A stretch of DNA of 63,990 bases, counting the filler, from Peribolospora baueri (Eukaryota), in NCBI GenBank assembly GCA_029717555.1. It is 3 parts of 3 records of this genome, joined end to end, with 100 filler letters (N's around TTAATTAATTAA, not from the genome) between each part and the next. Parts side by side here need not be neighbours in the genome. Positions count along the whole stretch, not along the records: positions 1 to 29,797 come from JAMDHS010000142.1; 2 more parts are not named here. The stretch is one strand, 5' to 3'. Position 1 is the stretch's first letter; each line of letters starts with the position of its first letter. Below are positions 1 through 8,214 of this stretch, one piece after another. Made by a program: the position numbers and the translations under genes. Under the pieces are notes generated by a model that saw only the letters and a list, made by a program, of their open reading frames with translations, was not told the origin of the DNA and did not search any database.

Positions 1-43
1 TCCCCCCCCCCCCCCCCCCTTCCTCCGGCCGCCCCCCACCCAG

Positions 44-2611
44 GTCTCCGCACGCTTTGTCTCGCTTCGATGGAGATCGACGAACAGGACTACGACGAGT
101 GGGCGCACAGGTTCCACGATGCCAATGTGGCGCTCGAGGGCCGAGAGGAAAAGATGGAGAAGCTCGCCGACGAGCTCGAGCGCGGCTTCCGCCTGCTCGG
201 TGCGACGGCCATCGAGGACCGGCTGCAAGACGGCGTGCCGGAGACGATCGCCGACCTCAAGCGGGCGGGGATCAATATCTGGGTGGCCACGGGCGACAAG
301 TTGGAGACGGCGATCGCCATCGGCTACTCCACCAACCTGCTCTCCAAGGACATGAACCTCATCATCGTCCGAGGCGGCGAGTACGGACAGCGCAACTCGG
401 CCTACGACCAGCTCCGGGCGGCCATCGAGCACTTCTTCGATGCCGACGCCATCCTCGGCTCCCTCGAGCATCACCCGCCGGACATGGAGCGACCGCCGAG
501 TCGGCGGAGCTCGACCTGGCGCCGTTCGACGCAGATGCAACGTCGTGCGAGCGGCATGGGCGAGTCGATCGTCGGAGCCAACAACGGCCAGCGACCGGGC
601 GGGTACGCGCTGGTGATCGACGGCGCGGCGCTGACGCACGCGTTGGAGGAAGAGTTCACCAAGGAGCTCCTCCTCGAGATCTCGACCAAGTGCGAGGCGG
701 TGATCTGCTGCCGCGTGTCGCCGCTGCAGAAGGCGCTCATCGTCAAGCTCATCAAGGACGGCCTGAACGTGATGACGCTCGCCATCGGAGACGGCGCCAA
801 CGACGTGTCCATGATCCAAGCCGCCCACGTCGGCGTCGGCATCGCCGGTGAAGAGGGCCTCCAGGCCGTCAACGCCTCCGACTACGCTATCGCCCAGTTC
901 CGCTTCCTCAAGCGATTGCTCCTCGTTCATGGACACTGGTCGTACTACCGCAACGGCAACATGATCGTCAACTTTTTCTACAAGGAGATGATCAACACTG
1001 GGTATTTGGTATGTCGTCCTCGTCGTCGTCCTCATCCTCCTCGTCATAAAACGGCCTCGTTTCGCAAACCCGTGGCGCTCTGACACCGTACCGTACTCTG
1101 CTCGCTGCGGTTCATCGCTCCCTATTCCTTCTTCCCCTTCCGCAGTGGTGGTTCCAGCTCTATTGCACCTTGTCCACCACCCAATTTACCGACTACGTCT
1201 ACCTCCTCTTCTGGAACGCGTTCTGGACCGTCGCTGCGGGTGCGTGGCCCCCTCCTCGCTTTGCTTGTCGCGTTCGCTTCGGATATGCCCGCTCACCTCG
1301 CTTGACCTGATTCTCCTCGTCTCCGTTAGTCATCGGCATCGGCATCTTCGATCGCAACGCGAGCGACCGTCTCTTGATGCAGGTGCCAGAACTCTACAAA
1401 CTGAGCAAGAAAGGCAGCTACTTCGGCCTCAAGCCGTTTCTCATCTACATGCTCGACGGTCTCTACCAAGCCACCATCTTGTACTTTTTCATCTCTTACG
1501 CCTACAACACCACCACGGCTCGAAAGGACGGACTGGACATTCAGCTCTACGAGTTCTCCACCGTAGTCGCCATCGTCAGCGTGTGGATCGCCAACTTTTT
1601 CAATGGCCTCAACACGCACGCTTGGACGTGGTGGATCGTCTTTGCCGTCTTTTTGGGACCCGTTCTCATTTCTTGCTTTGCTGTGAGTTCGGATCGGATA
1701 GCGAGGGTCAAGCGTCTTCTAGGATGCGAGCAGCGCTGAACGTCGTCTTTCCTCTCTTTTCTTTTTTTTTTTTCCTGCAGCCCATCTACGCTGCCTTCAA
1801 GCCTAGCACTTTCTTTACCTACTCCTACGGGAATAATTATTATTTGTACCGGTCCGGTGAGTCCCCTCGTCTCCCCTCGTCGATCGCGCGCGGGGCCGGA
1901 CCGGCTAACCCGTCTCACCTTTGTTCCTCTCCCCCTCAGCATACTTTTACTTTTCTTTCCCCATCGCCATCGTCCTCAGTCTCTTGCCGAGGTACATTTG
2001 CAAGTTCCTGCGCTTACAGGTGAGCGATGGATGTGGTCCGTACGGCGGTGCAAAAGACGACCATTTGTATTCATTCCATCCCGTCACCATCTCCCCGTCT
2101 CCCCTAGTTCTTTGCCTCCGACCTCGATATTCTTTCGTGGGTGGAGAAGGAAGACCCGAACCATGATTACATCAACGATCCGGCCATGCCGACACTGCGC
2201 GCGGTCAAGGCCTACTACGGACAGCGGCCGATGGCGGCCAACGCCGATGGCGGAGACGCGTCGCTCGAGCCCGTCGGGAGCGGCGAGCCGTTGCGCCAGC
2301 ACCGTTCACCGTCCATACCGATGCACCCGCTTCACCAGGTGCGTTCCAACGCGAGCGCGAGAAGCAGCGTCCACGACATGAGCACGGGGCGCACGAGCGT
2401 ACATCGCGGTTACAGCTTCTCGCAAGAGGACGACGCGTTCGGTCGGTCCTCGAGACGCCACGACGGCGGCGGCACACAACGCAAGAAGCGTACGTTCAAG
2501 CTACCGGGATCGCTGAGGAGGGGGTTATTCCGCAAGAAGAGCCCGCTGGAGGTCCAGTCGGAAATGGCGGAGGACGAGGAGGAGGGGCGAGGAGAGGAGG
2601 AGAGAGGCTGA
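44..2611 (+). CDS. P4-type ATPase phospholipid flippase (Dnf1/Drs2 family), 5'-truncated by the contig start, multi-exon
   Basis: Motifs GLRTLCLA, GATAIEDRLQDGVPETI, TGDKLETAI, CCRVSPLQKA and AIGDGANDVSMIQ are present, followed by C-terminal TM exons. GT-AG introns lie at about 1009-1145, 1240-1329, 1683-1780, 1857-1939 and 2020-2107. Confidence 0.93.
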
Positions 2612-2911
2612 CGGGACACGTTAGTCGGGGCCTTTCCCGCTTTTCCGACGCCGGACCCCTTTCTTTCTTTCTTTCTTTCTTTCTCGTCTCTTTTCATGTG
2701 CGTGGCGTGGCCAGGACGCTCGGGCGCCGAATAGAATGCCTGTCCTGCCGTTTTTTCACGATACTCGAAGGCATGATGGATGACAAACGGAGGATGAATC
2801 GAGAGAGCATGAGAGAATTTAGACTTGCTGACGGCTCTCTGTCGGCTCTACGAGTGAGGACGAGGGGGGGGCCGAGCGAGCCGAGCCCTTGAGGGGGCGA
2901 TGTCATGGCAT

Positions 2912-2931
2912 ACATACGCCCCACGTGTATT
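2912..2931 (+). repeat. Left inverted repeat (20 bp)
   Basis: Its reverse complement matches 5630-5649 at 19/20 positions. Confidence 0.85.
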
Positions 2932-3008
2932 CCTCATATTCAACTTACCACTCGCTTCCACGACATTGGTAGTAGCTTTGTAAGAGCACAGATATCGCCA
3001 GCTCGGTT

Positions 3009-5450
3009 TCACTTGCCCATGCTCGCTGCGTACCCTTGCTCGAAGCCGTGTTCAAATTCCCACCACCGGCTTCTGTCCGGAAACTCCTGCACCCGCTCCT
3101 CACATCTCCGCCTTGTCCACTCCTTCTTGAAGCCTAGCTCGGACGCTTTGGAGGCGAAGAGGACGGCGTCGGTCCAGCCTGTTGAGAAACCTGCTTCAAA
3201 GAGGTTTGGAACCGAGCCACCCCTGCTGGACCAGTAGGCGCGATGGCCCGCAGCTTTCTCCTCTAACAGCTTTTGCTTCTCTTCCTCCTCCTTTCCTCCG
3301 CGCCGGGGCCGGGACGGACCGTGGAAGCTGGAAGGAAGGATGCCGTGCTCCACCGCGTCTCTAAAGCTCCAGCCCTCTCTAAAGCAGCCCTCCTCTAATC
3401 CCTTCTCCTTCTTGTACGTCCAGAAGAACCACCCGCTCGCCGTCTCCTCGAACACCTCCAGTTGCGCCCTTGCCCAAGCCCTGCGTAGTGCGTTGTCGCT
3501 CCCCCAACCCTTCTGCTGCAGGCTACCCGGGTGCAGTGCGGCGCTCCACCCGCCGATGATAAGGTTGCCGTGTGAAGCTCGCATAGCGTGGGACAACATA
3601 TCTCGTCCGCGAGTCTTGACGAAATTTACGAGTTCCCAACCCGAATTGGCTTGATCCTTCGGCGTGAAGTACCGATAGAAGTGGTGGTCCACCACCGTCC
3701 ACCCCCACGCGCCTTTCCCCCTTCCCAAGCGATCCCCGTCCCAATGTCCGACCAACCTCGCATACCTCTCAAGGTCGTCCCAGGCATCGCTCACCACCAG
3801 CATGAAATCCGGCCCCACGCCGCCTTCCCTCCGAAGCTGTGCGATGGCCTCTTCGTAGAAGCCTTGGAGTCGATGGTTTTTCTCTGGCTCGTTGAGAAGC
3901 TCGATGCCAATCACGTTGGGGAATCGGTCAAGAGGAAAGGACAGGGCTAGGACTCGTAAGGCGCGCAGAGTGGTAGACCGATTCGAGGGCCGCCAAACAT
4001 TGACCTTGCCCGACGAGACGCCCGAGTGCGCGTCTCTGTTCTGCGCGCCAGGGGCGCATTGGAGGTCGAGGAGAACGCCAATGCCGAACTCCTCCGCTTT
4101 CCGGACCGCCTGTAGGATCCTTTCCAACGCCCCCTTGTACACGTCCTCGAAACCAGCAAAATCGGTGTTCTTGAGCAAGTCCATATCCGCTCCAACGAGG
4201 TGGAAGTAGCCGATAGGCAAACGAACGCAGTTGACCCCAACACTTTGCAGCCATTTCCAATCGTCTTCGCTCATGTACGTGTCCCAGTGGCGTTCCAGAA
4301 CGTCCTTGGGCCAACTTTGACCAGGCGGGACGGCATTTGGGAACGGCGTGTCGTCAATCCATCGCTCGAGGCAAAACCAGCCTCCGAGGTTCACGCCTCT
4401 TTGCTTTCGATACCTCCAGACGTCCTTTTGCCCCAGCGAACTCCCAGCCGCATTCCCTGTGTCCCTGCCGCCACTGCCCTCCGCTACCGAAGGCGGCGGC
4501 GGGATGGGTGCCACGTCAAGCTTGGTCTCTAGCCTGTCTAGCATTTCGGTGAAGGCTTTGAATGCTTTCTTCATGAGCGATAAGATGAACACTTGGTTAC
4601 CGAGATCGTTCCCGGATTCGCTACGATGAATGGATGGCTGGAGCTCGGTGGGGAGGGCGTCCCACGCGGCTTCGACAATTTTGTCGCCATCGTAGGTTCC
4701 GGCGTCGTGGAGAAGGCGAATCTTCCGCTCGTGGAACTGGTCGGTGAAGCGACGTCGAAGAGCGACCTTCCAACCGTCTGCAGACAAATGCAGCCATAGT
4801 TTCTCCTCGATAGGTAGGTTGGCGTACCAGGTGATCGCTGTACTGCCCTTGAGACGCTGGGAGATGTACGGTGCGATCACATTTCCGCCGTAGAGTGCCG
4901 CGAGCTCATCGATCTTGTCGATGAATACGGTGGCAGACGGGGAGTTGGGAGCGTCTGGGTTAAACTCGAACAGCATGTCGGGTTTGAAACTGTTATACGA
5001 CGACGCAGTAGCACCGAAAGAGCGAAGTTCGGCTCCAGGAGAGCGAGACTGGTGCTCTTCGGCTGGAGGATGCACAGGGCTACCGAAGTGGTCCATACGA
5101 GGACGGTCAGCTGAACGGTGACGCACAAAGGTCTCTTGAGGTTGAGTGTGAGCATGCTGAGTCACTAACAGCTGGATCATCTCTACCAGCAGCGTTATCT
5201 GTGTCTGCATAGCTCGAGTGGTTTCATTCGAGGCTGCCACTTGATCGAGGCAAGCTCGGGTGGCTTCATTTGAGGCTGCCAGTTGGTCGAGGCAAGCTCG
5301 GGTGGTTTCATTCGAGGCTGCCAGTTGATCGAGGAGCCTATCAAAGCGGTCCGTTTCAGGGCTAGTATTATTGACACGCTCGTCCTCGGTCGAGCGATTG
5401 TTGTTGTTATCATGGGTGGAGCTGGATACTCCGGACGGAGTCAACTGCAT
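3009..5450 (-). CDS. Intronless 813-aa chimera: coiled-coil repeats + Ty3/Gypsy Gag-like fragment + GH5 exo-beta-1,3-glucanase-like domain (Exg3/YBR056W type) with a substituted nucleophile
   Basis: The GH5 motifs are RGVNLGGWFCLERWI, VRLPIGYFHL, IGIELLNEP, VVDHHFY, IIGGWSAAL and WEFEHGF. The N-terminal FKPDMLFEFNP..FIDKI..LKGSTAITWY..WKVALRRRF..KIRLLHDAG..AWDALPTELQ pattern resembles fungal Gag capsid regions. Confidence 0.8.
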   Translation of the reverse strand: MQLTPSGVSSSTHDNNNNRSTEDERVNNTSPETDRFDRLLDQLAASNETTRACLDQLAASNEATRACLDQVAASNETTRAMQTQITLLVEMIQLLVTQHAHTQPQETFVRHRSADRPRMDHFGSPVHPPAEEHQSRSPGAELRSFGATASSYNSFKPDMLFEFNPDAPNSPSATVFIDKIDELAALYGGNVIAPYISQRLKGSTAITWYANLPIEEKLWLHLSADGWKVALRRRFTDQFHERKIRLLHDAGTYDGDKIVEAAWDALPTELQPSIHRSESGNDLGNQVFILSLMKKAFKAFTEMLDRLETKLDVAPIPPPPSVAEGSGGRDTGNAAGSSLGQKDVWRYRKQRGVNLGGWFCLERWIDDTPFPNAVPPGQSWPKDVLERHWDTYMSEDDWKWLQSVGVNCVRLPIGYFHLVGADMDLLKNTDFAGFEDVYKGALERILQAVRKAEEFGIGVLLDLQCAPGAQNRDAHSGVSSGKVNVWRPSNRSTTLRALRVLALSFPLDRFPNVIGIELLNEPEKNHRLQGFYEEAIAQLRREGGVGPDFMLVVSDAWDDLERYARLVGHWDGDRLGRGKGAWGWTVVDHHFYRYFTPKDQANSGWELVNFVKTRGRDMLSHAMRASHGNLIIGGWSAALHPGSLQQKGWGSDNALRRAWARAQLEVFEETASGWFFWTYKKEKGLEEGCFREGWSFRDAVEHGILPSSFHGPSRPRRGGKEEEEKQKLLEEKAAGHRAYWSSRGGSVPNLFEAGFSTGWTDAVLFASKASELGFKKEWTRRRCEERVQEFPDRSRWWEFEHGFEQGYAASMGK
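5211..5334 (-). repeat. Three tandem 42-bp units encoding LDQ(L/V)AASNE(T/A)TRA(C/M)
   Basis: Units start at 5211, 5253 and 5295 on the + strand and are near-identical at the DNA level. Confidence 0.92.
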
Positions 5451-5536
5451 CGCGAAAACAGAGAAAGAGCTGGATCGATTGGTTTGGTAAGAGTAAGGTC
5501 AAGGTGATCCTCTAGGGATGATCTGAGTCCCCGTTC

Positions 5537-5543
5537 TTATATA
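5537..5543 (-). promoter_or_regulatory. TATA-like box (TATATAA) upstream of the chimeric ORF
   Basis: It lies about 87 nt upstream of the ATG at 5450 and is followed by a pyrimidine-rich leader. Confidence 0.5.
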
Positions 5544-5629
5544 CATGGAATAAGGGTCAGGGGGTGAGTAACAATGGGGAGGAGTAATGTAAAATAAGTG
5601 AATCACGTGCGCCTGCGTACGCGGGTGTA

Positions 5630-5649
5630 AATACACGTGGAGCGTATGT
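5630..5649 (-). repeat. Right inverted repeat (20 bp)
   Basis: Its reverse complement ACATACGCTCCACGTGTATT matches 2912-2931 at 19/20 positions. Confidence 0.85.
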
Positions 5650-6091
5650 CGTGTGGATGGAGCGGTACAAAAGCCAGCAAGCAGGCGTTGCTCTCTCGCC
5701 CGCTCCCGGTCCCGCTCTGGGTGGGTCGCACTTTCATCGGCAAAAATTTTTACGCTGTCGCACCTCGCTCGCATGGGCAAAGCGTAATCGAAAATACAAA
5801 GCCCGATGGAGGAGCCTTGAGGAGGCGAAGGAAGAATGACCGTTTATGATTGGTCAGCGAGCCCCCGGGGTCAGCAAGCGCGGGATCACAACACCGACAG
5901 GAGCGGAAAGGGCCGATCCGAGGGCGGCCATGTTAGGTGTATAGTGCTCGAATAGTGTACATGCATGCTTCCCAGAGCTGTGTGAAAGGATGGCGAGGTC
6001 GAGAGATGCAAACGGTCCGAGGAGTCGCGTGGCGAGTTCCAGCAGGTTGGGGACCGGGCGACTTGAACGTACGGCCCTGGTTTCTCCGCGT

Positions 6092-7308
6092 TCAATCGTA
6101 TGTACCGCCGTCTTGAGGACGTAGTCGTTGGGGACGATAAAGAAAGGACGGCACAAACAGGGAAGAAACGACGGACGTGTCGGAGCGAACGAATCGGTCA
6201 GCTCGCCACACGAAAAGTCTTTCACTCGCTCCTGAACACCCACCTTCGTCTCCGCCGCCGCCGCCGAAATCGTCCGGCTCGTCTCCCTCCCCGTTGTCGA
6301 AATAGTTCTGATCATAGTCGTCCTCCCCCTCGTCCTCATCGTAATCCGGTTCCGCCTCTTCTTCTCCTAGATCTTCGCCCAGAGTACCGTCGATGTCCTG
6401 AAGAACGTGGGAATAGGAGAAAAGAGCCACGATAAACGACGCTAGGGTGAGCTTGAGAGGAGGGAAGTGTCGAGGAGCGAGGTGTCGATTACGAGACGCA
6501 CCTCTCTCGCCTCCCCGCGTTCGAGCGCATCCCAGTCCAGCTTTCGTTTCTCCGCCTTTCTCTTTGCGGCTGTGAAAAGGGGTACGAGGGGAAGAAAAAA
6601 GCGACGAGTGTCAGATGGAAACCTCTCGGTGACACTTAACACTGGAGCATCCGTCCTCCACTCACCAGCCGCCTTGACCTCCTCGCCGTGAATGAAGCTT
6701 TTCCACACGTCCGGTGGGAAGAAATCAGGGTTCATCTTGACATCCTTCAGACTTGGGCGGTCCGCTTTGGCAGGTTTGAAGCGGTCGCTATACCGAGGAA
6801 GGTCTAGGAAGAAGCAAACGAGGACATTTGGAAGATTGTCAGTCGGCCGATGGAAGCATGAGGACTAGACGTGCTGCGCGAACTGGCGCACCTTTCAGCT
6901 TCTTCTCCTCCTCCTTCAGAAAAAAGGCCGAGACACGCATCTTGCGCACGTAGTCCGACTGCAGGTTCGCCGCCTGCAACTCGCCGTCATCCGCCGTTTC
7001 GAGCTGAGGGTTTACGGTGAGCTCCTGAGCCGCCGTGTAGGAAAAGGACACACACGTAAGCGACCGATCCCTATCCACACTACGTTACCTGTAACAAAGA
7101 CAATACTATACGCGCCAAGCTGCCTGTGGCGAGACGATAGACAGATACCAGCAAGGCGACATGCACTCACGGGGAATAGCTCAGTAGGCTTCTTGTTGAG
7201 CTCCTGGATCTCTTGAAAGGTGAATCCGGCCGGAGGAAGTTGGCGCCCACCACCTCCTCCGGGACCTCCTCCTCTGCCTCCAAAGCCACCTCTGCCTCCT
7301 CGAGACAT
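6092..7308 (-). CDS. RPC31: RNA polymerase III subunit Rpc31/POLR3G, multi-exon
   Basis: The N-terminus is MSRGGRGGFGGRGGG...KKPTELFP and the acidic C-terminus is DDYDQNYFDNGEGD. GT-AG introns are present and the last exon ends GGTYD*. Confidence 0.88.
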
Positions 7309-8214
7309 ATCAAGGGAAGGGAGCGAGATGGAGGGAAGAGAGGCGGGGCATAGGATCACTGTATGGTGGGTGGTGGTTCGAAGGCAAGGTCGAGAAACTG
7401 CGGCAACCCATCTCCGCCGCGGCAAGGCGCGTCTCGGGCGGAACGGATTCGCACGTCCGTCTTCCATCCCGGTCCTCGCTTCCACGTCGACCACACAGCG
7501 CTGGCGACTATTCTAGTCTTGGTGTTGGTCCTGCCGTGAAGCTCGATCGGGAAGCGGCGAGTTCAGTGGGTCCTTGTGGCTTGAGCGAGTCGAGTTGAGT
7601 GATCTTCGTCACCATTTGAGTTGATCTACAAGGCCAAGCTAACAACGATGGGATGAAAGAGAGGTCGTTGGAGGCGTGTGCGTTTGATCACGAAGGCTGG
7701 GAACAATGTGCGACGTACTACGACGAGACGAGATGAGGGGACCGGGGGACAGGGAGCAGCAGATGGGTGGAACAGGATGTGGGCAGCTGACCGAGAGGAC
7801 GTGGCCGTGCCCATGCTCACGAGCGAAATGACAGGGTCGGGACGACGGGGAAGCGAGTGAACTCCGGATGCGATCAAGAAATGAGTGGGATGTTGCACTT
7901 GCGGGACAGAGGGAGGCCCCATTTCACATTCCATCTTCCTCGCACCCACAAGCACGACTGTCAGACAAGGATCCTCCCACTGGGCCTCTTACGACTTCAA
8001 CCCAGCCTAGCTATCCAGTACGACGACGCACTTTGCGCGGCTCACCTCCCCGACCGTCCAGGCGATCCGAGCCAGTCCTGTTTCTACGCCCGCTGCCGAC
8101 GACTGAGACGACGACGATCACTACAAGTCCGAGCCGGACCATCACCCGGGTCATCGTAGGGTCACCCTCGTCAGCCTGGTTACAGCCTCTGTGAGTCATA
8201 TTGTACATACAGGC

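Larger units (their letters stand above)
2912..5649. mobile_element. Putative non-autonomous, inverted-repeat-bounded cassette carrying a chimeric ORF
   Basis: ACATACGCCCCACGTGTATT (2912-2931) and AATACACGTGGAGCGTATGT (5630-5649) are inverted copies with 1 mismatch in 20. They enclose a single intronless ORF with a Gag-like region. There is no transposase and no clean TSD. Confidence 0.6.

Noticed and set aside
2612..6091. Full LTR retrotransposon around the Gag-like ORF
   Set aside because: I found no direct LTRs, PBS/PPT or pol (PR/RT/IN) motifs. Only a Gag-like fragment is present.
7309..8214. Hidden small gene or ncRNA between RPC31 and KRE33
   Set aside because: Only short ORFs without motifs are present, with no tRNA or snRNA signature recognised. 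It is likely UTR and promoter.
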